Assembly (NCBI GenBank): GCA_938084645.1
Contig: CALKEP010000022.1
Coordinates: 64,001-128,000, forward strand
Source of the DNA: an uncultured Phycisphaerales bacterium
GTDB lineage: Bacteria > Planctomycetota > Phycisphaerae > Phycisphaerales > SM1A02
DNA length: 64,000 bases
Reading direction: 5' to 3'
Each line of letters begins with the position of its first letter. The first letter of the stretch is position 1. Positions 37,459 through 47,846 of the stretch are shown here, piece after piece. Below the pieces are notes generated by a model. The model did not search any database. It was not told where the DNA came from and worked only from the letters and a program-made list of their open reading frames with translations. The position numbers and the translations under genes were made by a program.

Positions 37459-40398
37459 ATGCTCAATCCACTCCCGCTGCTCGTCCTCGTCCTGTCCTTC
37501 CTGCCCACGTCCATCCGCCCGGACGAAGCATCTCCGAGGTGGATCTGGGTGTCCGCCGACGAGGTCGCGGGCGAACGCGGGCGATTCGAACGTCAGATCA
37601 TGATTCCCGAGGGCGCGACCCGCATGCTGGTCCGTGCCGCGGCGGACAATCGGTTCACCCTCCATCTCGACGATGAATTCCTGCTTCGGGGGAGTGACTG
37701 GTCCCGGACCGGGGAAGTGGAGATCGCGAATCCCGCGGCGGGCGAGCGCACCATTCGCTTCGACTGCACCAATGACGGAGGACCGGCCGGCCTGGCGGCG
37801 GTGATCCTGATCGAAGGTCCCGACGGCGGGCGTCGATTCGTGACCGACGAGTCCTGGACCGCCAGCCGACTGGCGAATGGCGTCGCGACGCCGGTCGACC
37901 TGGTCGACTTCGGGCCGACCTCGGCGCCGAAGGGGCCTTGGAAGGATCCGTTCGCGGTGAAGGTCGCCACCCCGGTGGAGTCGATCACCGTTCCCGAAGG
38001 TTTCGCCATCGAACTGCTTCATTCCTCGCAGCCGGGCGAAGGTTCATGGAGTTCGATGACCGTCGATCCGCAGGGGCGGATCGTGGTGTCCCCGCAGTAC
38101 GGACCGCTCCAGAGGATCTCGATTTCCGAGGACGCCGGATCGGAGGTGGTCGTCGAGCGATTGCACGAATCGGTCGGTCGTGCCCAGGGACTTCTGTTCG
38201 TCGGTGGTGATCTCTACGCGAGCGTGGTCGACGATCCGGGTCGTGCCGGTGGTCTCTGGCGACTGCAGGATCGTGACGGTGACGATCGCTTCGAGGTCGC
38301 GGAACATCTGGCGGCGTACGGCAACGGTTCGGAGCACGGACCGCACGGGCTGGTGCTCGGGCCGGACGGCATGATCTGGACCGCGATCGGGAACTACTGC
38401 GTGACCCCGACCGCGATCGCGGAGACGAGCCCGCACGCGAACTGGTCGGAGGACACCGTGCTCGAGCGGATCTGGGATCCCCGCGGCCATGCGGTGGGCA
38501 AGATGGCGCCGGGCGGTCTGGTGCTCCGCACCGATCTCGACGGGGCCGAGTGGGAGATCGTCGCGGGCGGGTTTCGGAATCCCTACGACCTCGACTTCAC
38601 CGCGGACGGTGAGCTCTTCACCTACGACGCGGACATGGAGTGGGACATCGGGACCCCGTGGTATCGCAGTCCTCGATTCGTCCACGTGGTTTCCGGCGGT
38701 GAGTACGGATGGCGCGGCGGCAGCGTGAAGTGGCCGGTGGAATCGCCGGACGCGCGGCCGGCGGCCCTGGAGATGGATGCGGGGAGTCCCACGGGCGTGG
38801 TGAGCGGGCATCGCTCCGCGTTTCCGTCGCCGTGGCGCGACCGGATGTTCCTCGGCGACTGGGCCTACGGCCGCGTGATCGCGGTCGATCTGGAATCCGA
38901 CGGTGCGAGTCACGTCGCGACCGCGGTTCCCTTTCTCGAGGGTCGGCCCTTCAACGTCACCGACTTCGCCTTCGGTCCGGATGGCGCGATGTACCTGACC
39001 ACCGGAGGCCGCGGCTCGCAATCCGGGCTCTATCGCGTGCGGTGGATCGGCGACGGCGCGACCGCGCCGGTCGGATTCGATCCGGTGGTGTCGCCCGCGA
39101 TCGCGCGTCGAAGGTCGATCGAGGAATCACATCGAGACGCGCAGGCCCTCGACCGGGAGGCGTTGGTCGACGCCCTCGGCGATGCGGACCCGGCGATTCG
39201 GTATGCGGCGAGAATCGGCGTCGAACGCGCCCTGGTCGCGGCCCGCGACGGCGAGCCCGGCTGTTTCACCGAGGCCGACGACGACGTCGTCGCGATGCTG
39301 CTGGACGCGCCCGCGGCAAGTGGAGGTTGGGAGGCGGCGATCGCGGTGATGCGGGTCGGCGACCGTGCGGATGCGCTCCGGTCCCTGGGCCGGATCGAGG
39401 AAATGGTGTTCGAGGACGATGGCCCGGACGGTCGGCTCCGTCTCGCACGCGTGCTCGGGCTTCTCATCGCTCGGCATGGTCCTCTGGAGCCGGAGCATCG
39501 GGATCGGATCATCGAGATGCTCGAACCCATCTATCCCACCGGAGAGTTCGCGGCGGATCGAAGCATGGTGGAGGTGCTCGTCGCGCTCGACGTGCCCGAC
39601 GTGATCGAGCCGACGCTCTCGCTGATCGAATCGGCGGCGGATCAGGAGACGGCGATCGTGTTCCTGCATGCCCTGCGACTCCAGCGAAGTGGCTGGGACG
39701 CCGCGTCGCGAGTCCGGGCGATGGATGCGTTGGATCGTGCGACGACCTATGCCGGCGGCGCGAGTCTTCCGGGGTTCATCGCGGCGATCCGGGACGACCT
39801 CGCCGAACGACTCGGTCCCGATGCCGCGGCGGCGCTGGCGGCTCGGACCGAGGCCGCTCGGGAGCGGCGTGCAGAGGCGGACGTGAGGGCCTTCGTCCGC
39901 GCCTGGTCGGTCGACGACTTCTCGATCCATCTCGCGCGGGTGCACGCGGGCCGGGACTTCAGTCGCGGGCAGGCGATGTACGAGTCGCTTCAATGTGCCG
40001 CCTGTCACAAGGTGGGGGAGACGGGGATCGCCTACGGACCCGATCTGACCGGCGCGGGTGGTCGTTTCTCGCCGCACGATCTCCTCGTCGCGATCATCGA
40101 GCCCGAACGCGATCTCTCCGACCAGTACGCGGGCGTTCTGGTCGAGCGCGGCGACGCCGATCCGGTCATCGGGCTCCCGATCGGCGTGGAGGGGGACGTG
40201 CTCGCGGTCGCGCCCGACCCGCGGACCGGCACGCTCCGGGTGGAGATACCCCTCGAGGAGATCACCGCGCAGACCGCGGTGACGCCGATGCCTGCGGGAC
40301 TGGTGGATACCGCGACGATGGACGAGATCCTCGACCTGCTGGCGTACATGCGATCCGGAGGCGACGCCACCGACCCGGCGTTCCAGCGTCCGCCATGA
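37459..40398 (+). CDS. PVC-type heme-binding protein (dehydrogenase-like beta-propeller, HEAT-like region, c-type cytochrome)
   Basis: EHGPHG, GFRNPYD, DADMEWDIG, GGRGSQSGLYR, CAACH..GPDLT, MPAGL. Confidence 0.88.
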   Translation: MLNPLPLLVLVLSFLPTSIRPDEASPRWIWVSADEVAGERGRFERQIMIPEGATRMLVRAAADNRFTLHLDDEFLLRGSDWSRTGEVEIANPAAGERTIRFDCTNDGGPAGLAAVILIEGPDGGRRFVTDESWTASRLANGVATPVDLVDFGPTSAPKGPWKDPFAVKVATPVESITVPEGFAIELLHSSQPGEGSWSSMTVDPQGRIVVSPQYGPLQRISISEDAGSEVVVERLHESVGRAQGLLFVGGDLYASVVDDPGRAGGLWRLQDRDGDDRFEVAEHLAAYGNGSEHGPHGLVLGPDGMIWTAIGNYCVTPTAIAETSPHANWSEDTVLERIWDPRGHAVGKMAPGGLVLRTDLDGAEWEIVAGGFRNPYDLDFTADGELFTYDADMEWDIGTPWYRSPRFVHVVSGGEYGWRGGSVKWPVESPDARPAALEMDAGSPTGVVSGHRSAFPSPWRDRMFLGDWAYGRVIAVDLESDGASHVATAVPFLEGRPFNVTDFAFGPDGAMYLTTGGRGSQSGLYRVRWIGDGATAPVGFDPVVSPAIARRRSIEESHRDAQALDREALVDALGDADPAIRYAARIGVERALVAARDGEPGCFTEADDDVVAMLLDAPAASGGWEAAIAVMRVGDRADALRSLGRIEEMVFEDDGPDGRLRLARVLGLLIARHGPLEPEHRDRIIEMLEPIYPTGEFAADRSMVEVLVALDVPDVIEPTLSLIESAADQETAIVFLHALRLQRSGWDAASRVRAMDALDRATTYAGGASLPGFIAAIRDDLAERLGPDAAAALAARTEAARERRAEADVRAFVRAWSVDDFSIHLARVHAGRDFSRGQAMYESLQCAACHKVGETGIAYGPDLTGAGGRFSPHDLLVAIIEPERDLSDQYAGVLVERGDADPVIGLPIGVEGDVLAVAPDPRTGTLRVEIPLEEITAQTAVTPMPAGLVDTATMDEILDLLAYMRSGGDATDPAFQRPP

Positions 40399-41081
40399 CC
40401 GACGAACGTCGCTCCTCGAATCCCAGCCGGATTCCACCCCCGCCGGGAGCGGAAGGTGTTCCCCACGAGGTCTTCCACGACGTCTATCGGCGTTCGAAGG
40501 CGCTGTGGGTGACGGGCCGGCCGCAGCCCGCGGTACTGACTGCGATCGAACGAGGTTGGTTCCGCGAAGGGCCGCTGTTCGACGCCGGATGCGGGACGGG
40601 CGAGAACGCGATCGCCATCGCGAAGGCGCATCCGTCCCTCCGGATTCTCGCCATGGATGCGGTCCCCGAAGCGGTCGATGCCGCCGCCGTCGCCGGCCGG
40701 GAGGCGGGAGTCGCGGACCGGATCAGCTTCGAGGTCGCCGATCTGCGGACGGAGGGCCCACCGTCCGAGTACGCCTGCGTGCTCGATGCGGGAGTCCTGC
40801 ACGTCTTTTCCGACGTCGATCGCCCTCGGTACCTGCAGGTGGTGCATGACGTGCTTCAGCCCGGCGGGGCGGCGATCTTCATCGTGTTCAGCACCGAGGA
40901 GATCCGTCCCGGCGGTCCCCGGCGGTTGGACCGGGAAGAGCTCCTTTCCTCGATCGAAGCAGCGGGATTCCGCGTCGACTCGATCGAGAAGGCCCGGTAC
41001 GAGACCCTCGGACACGAGGGTGGAGCGCGATCCTGGCTCGTTCGAGCCTTTCGAGCCCTCGCACCCCCGGATGCCACCTGA
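40395..41081 (+). CDS. Class I SAM-dependent methyltransferase
   Basis: ATGA overlap; WVTGRPQP, DAGCGTGENA, LDAGVLHVF. Confidence 0.85.
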   Translation: MTDERRSSNPSRIPPPPGAEGVPHEVFHDVYRRSKALWVTGRPQPAVLTAIERGWFREGPLFDAGCGTGENAIAIAKAHPSLRILAMDAVPEAVDAAAVAGREAGVADRISFEVADLRTEGPPSEYACVLDAGVLHVFSDVDRPRYLQVVHDVLQPGGAAIFIVFSTEEIRPGGPRRLDREELLSSIEAAGFRVDSIEKARYETLGHEGGARSWLVRAFRALAPPDAT

Positions 41082-41166
41082 GACGCCGTCGCGGCCCGGG
41101 GCCGATCGGGGTGTTTCGCGGATTCGACGTGGCCGAACCAACGACCGGGGGGGATAGAATCGAGGC

Positions 41167-42645
41167 ATGATGCACCGTCTCCAGTTCGCCCCCGTTTCAA
41201 GACCTCGGAACCTCCACGCCCGGCGCCTCGGCGTCAGGTCGCTGCTCACCGGGTTCCTTCTTCTCGGATGCACCGAGCTCCTCGGATGCTCGAACCGTCA
41301 GGTGAAGGTCGAGATGGTGGCGGGCGAAGCGGGGCCGGAACGGATCTTCGAGACCAACCGCACGGACCGGGAGGAGATCGGCCGGCTCTCCGAGGCGTAC
41401 GAAACCACCCCGACGGAGCGGGCGAACGGTCGAGACGGCGTCCGATTCGAAGGGGTGTTCGCCGAACGGGAACTGCCCAGCGAGATCGGCAACCGGAACG
41501 GCTGGTCGACGCTGCCCGGAACCTTCGGCACCGCCTACTACTACGTCGAGCAGTTCGGCGCCGTGCGCGACGACTGGACCGCCTTCCGGGATCGGATGAA
41601 CGCAGGCGAATTGTGGATCCGATTCGCAATCAGCTTCTTCGAGTCGAGGATCGATGGCGAGGAAGAGCGCGTCGAATGGCGTCGCTTCGCCGAGGAGGAA
41701 CTGCTGCCGGACGCCATGAGCGCCTTCCTGAGATTCAACGCCGGTGGATACGTCCAGCAGGGTCAGCGGATCGACACTCGCTTCCGCCCGCCGCAGGAAC
41801 GCGGGCCCCGTACCGATGACGAGTGGTTCCAGGTCCAGGTGTTCGCGCCACTGGTCGGCTTCGCGGTCGAACGGGGATGGGTGGAGCCCTGGGAGGCGCA
41901 GCTGACCCTCCTCTCGGGAATCGATGGCTGGGTCTCCGCGGGTGAACGGGCGTGGACGCGCAAGGAACTCGCCGATCCGATCGTCAAGCGGAGCGTGGGT
42001 CGCTTCGTTCCGGGTGCGGATCCCGGTGAGATCGGGCCGGGGAATCAGAAGTTGATCCTCACCGGTCTCGCCTTCCTGTGGTGGGTCAACACGTCGAAGG
42101 ACGCGGTGGAGCTCATGCTCGAGTCGGCGGCGATTCCCGAAGCGGACAAGGCCAGGCTGCGAAAGGGCGACCGATCGATCGACCTGCCCGGACCGTTCGG
42201 CATCCCGATCGGCGGCGGTGAGCGTCCCCTGGAGAGCGAGGTCGTGCTTCGAACCGAGGTCGAACCGTTTCTCACCAACGGGACGTGGGACGAGAGCCTC
42301 GGCACGGTTTCCTTTGCCACGAGGATCTATCCACCCACCCAGCGGCGGCGGATGACGCCACCCGTCTTCCATGCGAACTGGGCCGTGCCGGATGCGTCGG
42401 TACAGCGATCCATCTTCGGTGGGGTCGAACTGGTCGGACAGAGCCTTGCGGAGAGTGCGTTCTGGGAGCGGATGTTCGATGACGATCGCCGCGCCGAATG
42501 GTCCGCCGCGCTGGATGCGGCGAAGGCCGCCGGTTCCCCCGAACCGCTCCGCGCGTTCATCGAGTCGGTGGACGGTGAGGATGCGGAGTCGCTCCCCGCG
42601 CCGGATGGGCTTCGGGAGCTCGTCTTCCGGGAGCCCGGCGCGTGA
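41167..42645 (+). CDS. Hypothetical lipoprotein
   Basis: Hydrophobic N-terminus with LLGC; stop overlaps next gene. Confidence 0.75.
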   Translation: MMHRLQFAPVSRPRNLHARRLGVRSLLTGFLLLGCTELLGCSNRQVKVEMVAGEAGPERIFETNRTDREEIGRLSEAYETTPTERANGRDGVRFEGVFAERELPSEIGNRNGWSTLPGTFGTAYYYVEQFGAVRDDWTAFRDRMNAGELWIRFAISFFESRIDGEEERVEWRRFAEEELLPDAMSAFLRFNAGGYVQQGQRIDTRFRPPQERGPRTDDEWFQVQVFAPLVGFAVERGWVEPWEAQLTLLSGIDGWVSAGERAWTRKELADPIVKRSVGRFVPGADPGEIGPGNQKLILTGLAFLWWVNTSKDAVELMLESAAIPEADKARLRKGDRSIDLPGPFGIPIGGGERPLESEVVLRTEVEPFLTNGTWDESLGTVSFATRIYPPTQRRRMTPPVFHANWAVPDASVQRSIFGGVELVGQSLAESAFWERMFDDDRRAEWSAALDAAKAAGSPEPLRAFIESVDGEDAESLPAPDGLRELVFREPGA

Positions 42646-45086
42646 GCGCGAGGCGGGGACGGCGTTTCGGCCGTCGACTGCTCGTGGTCTCGGGCCTGGG
42701 CGTCTCGATCGCGATCCCCTCGATCACGTCGATGGGAACGGATCGTCTCGAGGCCGCGAATCCGATCGCCTTCGCGATGGGATCCAGCCCGCCCGGCGGA
42801 CCGCACGCCGCCGGGGACGCCGAGGAGATCTTCGCCGAGACGATCGACATCTACTGCATCGACTGCCATCGTGGAAGCGGCGCGGAGGGCGGCATCGACC
42901 TTCGCGCGGTGGCCGACGCCGCGACGCTGCACGAGGTCGAGCCTTCACTGCTGCTCGCGGTGCGCGATCGGCTGCGGGCCCGCGACATGCCGCCGCCGCG
43001 TGTCCACGTCGGCGAGGATCCGGCTCCCTCCGATCGGCCCGGGGAGGAGGAGTACCGGCAGGCGGTCGACGTGCTCGGGGAGCTGCTCGGAGCGCGAGCG
43101 GCCACGGCCGGCGTCCCGGACGTGGTGCTTCGCCGACTGAATCGGCACGAACTGGGCAACGCGATCGAAGCGGTCTTCGGGGTGCGGGTGGACGTCTCCG
43201 GGCTGCCGGCGGACGACGTCGGACACGGCTTCGATCATCTGGGCGAGGTTCTCGCCACCAGTCCGTTGCTCTTCGAGAAACTGGTGGACCTCGCGGAGGA
43301 GGTCGCCCGTCGGGTCGTGTTCGATCCGGAGACGGCGCAGCCCGAGGTCCGGGTCGCGAAGGGATCGGATCTTTCCGGCGGGCGGAGCCGGGGTGCAGGT
43401 CGGGTTCTCTCCACCCGCGGTCGTGTTCAGGCGACGTTCGACGTCCCACGGCCCGGTCGCTACCGAGCCGAGTTCCTGCTGGGCGGCCAGCAGGCGGGTG
43501 ACGAGGCGGTCCGGTTCGAACTTCGTCGAGGGCCCGCGTCCGTGAGTCGGGTCGACGTGCCGGCGCCGATGGACCGACCGGTGACCGAAGGGTTCGAATT
43601 CGAACACGCGGATGCCGCGGTCGAACTCTCCGCATCGTTTCTGAACGACTTCTATCGAAAGCGGACCGCGGACGACCCGGGTGAGGATCGAAACGCGTTC
43701 GTCGCCGAGATCCGGCTCGTGGGCCCGCTTGATCCACCGCAACCCGGCGATCTGCAACGGGCGCTCGCGGCCCGACTTCGCGATGGAGATCGCCGGGTGG
43801 CCGTGGCGCGGGCTTCGCGATGGCTTCTCGAGCGATGCTGGGGGCGTCGCATCGAATCCGAGGAAGCGCTGCGACTCGCGGATCGGTTGATCGCGGCGAC
43901 CCCGACCGTCGCGTCCACGGAGGGGGGATCATCTCGAGCCGCCTTGATGCAGACGCTCGTCGTCTATGCGATCGCGAGTCCCGAATTCCTGTTCCGCATC
44001 GAGTCTCCGCGTTCGGGAGTCGAGCCCGGATCGGACGGGTCGGTTCCGCTCGACGGCTATGCGGTGGCGGGGCGGCTCGCCGCGTTTCTCAAGGGTGGCA
44101 TTCCCGACGAGGCGTTGATCGCCTCGGCCCGATCGGGGCGGCTCGACACCGAACGGGGGATTCTCCGCGAAGTCGAACGGCTTCTGCGCCAGGGGGGCGC
44201 CCGTTCGCTCGGTGAGCGATTCGCGACCCAGTGGCTGCACATCGACGGCGTCGAGCGGCTGGAACCGGATCCGGACCGATTCGGGGAGATCCCCGACGCG
44301 CTGCTTGCGGACATGCGCGAAGAGACCGTGCTGGTGTTCGAGGAGCTCGTGGAGCGGGATCGGCCGATCACCGACCTCTTTCGCCAGTCATCGAGCTGGT
44401 GGACCCCGGAACTCGCACGCCACTACGGGCTCGACCCGGTGGCGCTCGGCCTCGACGATTCGGGATTCGCTCGCGTCGATCTCGACGAGACCATGCTGCC
44501 TCAGGCCGGCCTCGGCGTGTTGCGGCACGCCAGCATCCTGCTCGCCACGAGCAACCCGACGCGGACCTCGCCGGTCAAGCGCGGCAAGTGGGTGATGGAG
44601 TCGCTCCTCGACTGTCCGCCGCCGCCGGCGCCGCCGGGGGCGCCGCAGCTTCCCGACCCGGACGAAGATCGAGCGGAGGGGGAGTCGCTTCGACGCATGC
44701 TCGAGATCCATCGCCAGGACCCGGAATGCGCCTCGTGCCACGTCCGCATGGACGCCATCGGTTTCGCGCTCGAACCGCTCGACGCGGTGGGTCGATGGCG
44801 GACCGTCTCCGACGGCCACGCGGTCGATGCCGCCGCCATCCTGCCGAACGGCCGGCGGATCGACGGACCCGCGGATCTTCGGGATGTGATCGTCGAGGAT
44901 CCCGCCCTGCTGCGTTCATTCGGGAAACATCTGATGGTCTATGCACTCGGTCGCGGGCTCGAGTGGCGTGATGAACCAGTGCTCGATGATCTGGTGCGTG
45001 TGCTGCAGGCGAGACCGACGGTACGGGCGGCGATCGAGTTCATCGTTCTCGACGACGTCTTCCGGCGGATGCCGAAGACCGATTGA
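42642..45086 (+). CDS. DUF1592-family protein (planctomycete cytochrome c, DUF1587/1592/1588/1585 domains)
   Basis: YCIDCH, MPP, LRRLNRHE, SPEFLFRIE, RTSPVKRGKWV, PPPAPP, CASCH, YALGR. Confidence 0.9.
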   Translation: MSARRGRRFGRRLLVVSGLGVSIAIPSITSMGTDRLEAANPIAFAMGSSPPGGPHAAGDAEEIFAETIDIYCIDCHRGSGAEGGIDLRAVADAATLHEVEPSLLLAVRDRLRARDMPPPRVHVGEDPAPSDRPGEEEYRQAVDVLGELLGARAATAGVPDVVLRRLNRHELGNAIEAVFGVRVDVSGLPADDVGHGFDHLGEVLATSPLLFEKLVDLAEEVARRVVFDPETAQPEVRVAKGSDLSGGRSRGAGRVLSTRGRVQATFDVPRPGRYRAEFLLGGQQAGDEAVRFELRRGPASVSRVDVPAPMDRPVTEGFEFEHADAAVELSASFLNDFYRKRTADDPGEDRNAFVAEIRLVGPLDPPQPGDLQRALAARLRDGDRRVAVARASRWLLERCWGRRIESEEALRLADRLIAATPTVASTEGGSSRAALMQTLVVYAIASPEFLFRIESPRSGVEPGSDGSVPLDGYAVAGRLAAFLKGGIPDEALIASARSGRLDTERGILREVERLLRQGGARSLGERFATQWLHIDGVERLEPDPDRFGEIPDALLADMREETVLVFEELVERDRPITDLFRQSSSWWTPELARHYGLDPVALGLDDSGFARVDLDETMLPQAGLGVLRHASILLATSNPTRTSPVKRGKWVMESLLDCPPPPAPPGAPQLPDPDEDRAEGESLRRMLEIHRQDPECASCHVRMDAIGFALEPLDAVGRWRTVSDGHAVDAAAILPNGRRIDGPADLRDVIVEDPALLRSFGKHLMVYALGRGLEWRDEPVLDDLVRVLQARPTVRAAIEFIVLDDVFRRMPKTD

Positions 45087-45177
45087 GCGGGTTTTCGATG
45101 GTTCTCGTTGCCGCACTGGAATGCGGGCGGTACCGTCGAGTGGAGCGATCGAGCGTGTGTCGACAAGGAGGAACCTC

Positions 45178-46539
45178 GTGAGCCGACCCCTGTCCCGTCG
45201 AACCGTGTTGCGAGGCCTGGGTACCGCGGTGGCGCTTCCCTGGTTGGAGGCGATGTCCCCCGGAACGATCGGTTCCGCGGCCCGCGCCGCCACCCTCCGA
45301 CCGTCCACCCGGGTCGCCTTCCTCTTCGTCCCGAACGGCGTGCATGCGCCCGAGTGGCTTCCCACGTCGACCGGCCCCGGCGTCCATGCGCTTCCCAGCT
45401 CGCTTCCGCCGCTGCTCGAGCCCCTCGATCGCGTTCGGTCGCACGTGACGCTCCATGCCGGGCTCGCACACGGGAACGCTCGGGCGCTCGGTGACGGCCC
45501 GGGTGATCACGCCCGAAGCGCGGCCTGCTTCCTGACCGGCACCCATCCGAAGAAGACCGCGGGAAGCGACATCCAGAACGGAATCTCGATCGACCAGGCG
45601 ATCGCGAGTCATGATCGGGGGCGTCATCGCTTCGACAGCCTCGAACTTGGTTGCGAGCCCACGCTCACCGCAGGCAATTGTGATTCGGGCTACTCGTGCG
45701 CCTACAGCGCGAACATCGCCTGGCGGTCCCCACGGACGCCGGTGGCGAAGGAGACCAGTCCCCGCGCAGTGTTCGAACGTCTGTTCATGGCGGGACCGGC
45801 TCACGAGTCCCTGGCGGCGCGACACCGTCGGCTGACCCGCCGGCGGAGCATTCTCGACGTCGTGCGTGGCGACGCCAGTCGGCTGGCCGGATCACTTGGC
45901 GGCCGTGATCGTCAGAAACTCGAAGAGTATCTCGACGGTGCCCGTGAACTCGAGCGGAGGATCGAGCAGGTCGAACGGTCCGAGCAGGACGCCTCGGACT
46001 GGGGGCTCGACCACCTTCCCGCGGGAACGCCGGGCGACTACGCGGAGCATCTCACCCTGATGGGTGATCTCATGGCCCTGGCCTTCCGTCTCGACCTGAC
46101 TCGAACCTGCACGTTCATGTGGGCGAACGAGGGCTCCAATCGCACGTTTCCGATGGTCGACGTGCGGCAGGGGCACCACCACCTGTCGCATCATGCGGGC
46201 GATGAGGCGAAGGTGGACGCGATCCGTCGGATCAATCGATGGCAGAACGAGCAGTTCGCTTCACTGGTCGATCGCCTCGCGAACACCGAGGACGAGGCGG
46301 GTGGATCCCTGCTCGACGACACCCTCATTCTCTACGGCGGTGCCATATCCGATGGAAATCGGCACAACCATCACGATCTGCCGATCGTGGTCGCGGGGCG
46401 GGGTGGCGGCGCCGAGCCGGGCCGACTCGTCGATCACGGTCCACGGACGCCGCTGTGCAATCTCTTCCGATCGATGGCATCGGCTGCCGGTGCGCCGCTC
46501 GAGCGATTCGGTGACTCGACCGGTCTCGCGACGCTCTGA
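45178..46539 (+). CDS. DUF1552 domain protein (Tat-like leader)
   Basis: AAGGAGG RBS; SRRTVLRGLGTAVALPWLEAM, PNG, SIDQ, CDSGYSCAY, HHHLSHH, DGNRH. Confidence 0.9.
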   Translation: MSRPLSRRTVLRGLGTAVALPWLEAMSPGTIGSAARAATLRPSTRVAFLFVPNGVHAPEWLPTSTGPGVHALPSSLPPLLEPLDRVRSHVTLHAGLAHGNARALGDGPGDHARSAACFLTGTHPKKTAGSDIQNGISIDQAIASHDRGRHRFDSLELGCEPTLTAGNCDSGYSCAYSANIAWRSPRTPVAKETSPRAVFERLFMAGPAHESLAARHRRLTRRRSILDVVRGDASRLAGSLGGRDRQKLEEYLDGARELERRIEQVERSEQDASDWGLDHLPAGTPGDYAEHLTLMGDLMALAFRLDLTRTCTFMWANEGSNRTFPMVDVRQGHHHLSHHAGDEAKVDAIRRINRWQNEQFASLVDRLANTEDEAGGSLLDDTLILYGGAISDGNRHNHHDLPIVVAGRGGGAEPGRLVDHGPRTPLCNLFRSMASAAGAPLERFGDSTGLATL

Positions 46540-46560
46540 TCGGGATTCACGGCTCTTCGC

Positions 46561-47805
46561 TCACTCGACGGGACGCAGCAGGATCCGGCACGCGACGCGC
46601 TGCAGCGTCCGGGTGTGCCGGACGGCCGGACCGGAGAGAATCCCGTCGCGGATCGCCCTGGGGATCGCGATCAACGCGGAGCGGAACGCGAGGTAGTTCT
46701 GTGGAGTGAGGTCGAGCCGATGCCCGGGAGGCGGCTTGCGGCCGGAGAACAACTGAATGCCGTTCGCGATGTTGAACGCATGACTGTCGAGCAGGTCCTC
46801 GGTGACGGGCGGATAGGTCAGGAGAACGTAGGCGAAGGTCTCGGGCTCCCGGTCGAAGCTGAGAAGTGCGCCCTTGGCGTAGTGTTCGATGAAGTCGGCG
46901 GCGTTCTGGTCCTCGCTATCGCTGAAGTTGCTGCGCAACGCGTACCAGTGGTCGAGAATCTCGCCGTGCACGGTGTGGAGAAGCGACTGCTTGTTCCGGA
47001 ACTTGCTGTAGAGGTCGGTGTCATGACATCTGGCGAGGGTGGAGATCGCTCGAACCGTGGCGGCTTCCACACCGTGTTCCGCGACGATTCGAGTGGTGGC
47101 GGCCATCAGGCGGGCGCGGGTCGAATCCTCTCGCATGAACTCCGGGTCATGGATGCCGCGTCGCGGTCCGGCCCCGATGGGCGGATCGGGTTCGGTCACG
47201 ACGGGGGGATCTCCAGTCCGCTGGATCAGGATGGATGAAATGGTCTGCGAGAGTTCGTCCGCGAGTGGCGTGGATGGTCCCTCCCTGGTTCCCGCGTGAA
47301 TCTCGCATGCGGCGCCGAGCAGGATCGCGTGGGCGATGGCGAAGGCCACGGGAGACGTTTCGAGCGTTTCATCCGATCTCGTCTTGAATCCCGCGAACGG
47401 CGCCCGCATTCGATCGAAGGCCGCTCGGGCGTGTTTCGGGTCGCCGGTGATGACCGGCGGTGCCACCAGGCCGATGAATGCGAATGCATCGGGGGATTCA
47501 TCGAAGGATTGGAGCGTCGTGCGGGTCCAGTCCGCGATCAGGTCTCGGGCGGTGCCGCCTTCGTTCCGCTCGACGATCGAGGCGTACATCGCATCTCGGC
47601 GTCCGGCGATCTCTTCGAAGACGATCTTCTGCATCGTCGCCTTGTTCTCGAAGTGATCGTAGAGCACGGACTCGTTGCAGCCCGCCTCCCGGGTGATCCT
47701 CCGGACGCTGCCACCGGCGGTGCCGTCCCGGCTCACGATCTTCACCATCGCATCGGCGATTCGATCCCTGGTGTTTTTTTGCGGCCCGTCGGGAGTGTTG
47801 CTCAT
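46561..47805 (-). CDS. Double (fused tandem) TetR/AcrR-family regulator
   Basis: Two HTHs (SVRRITREAGCNESVLYDHFENK; TVRAISTLARCHDTDLYSKFRNK), each with its own C-terminal domain. Confidence 0.85.
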   Translation of the reverse strand: MSNTPDGPQKNTRDRIADAMVKIVSRDGTAGGSVRRITREAGCNESVLYDHFENKATMQKIVFEEIAGRRDAMYASIVERNEGGTARDLIADWTRTTLQSFDESPDAFAFIGLVAPPVITGDPKHARAAFDRMRAPFAGFKTRSDETLETSPVAFAIAHAILLGAACEIHAGTREGPSTPLADELSQTISSILIQRTGDPPVVTEPDPPIGAGPRRGIHDPEFMREDSTRARLMAATTRIVAEHGVEAATVRAISTLARCHDTDLYSKFRNKQSLLHTVHGEILDHWYALRSNFSDSEDQNAADFIEHYAKGALLSFDREPETFAYVLLTYPPVTEDLLDSHAFNIANGIQLFSGRKPPPGHRLDLTPQNYLAFRSALIAIPRAIRDGILSGPAVRHTRTLQRVACRILLRPVE

Positions 47806-47846
47806 GCTCGAGCCCTCGGCGTCGTCCCCCGCTCGACGACGATGCT

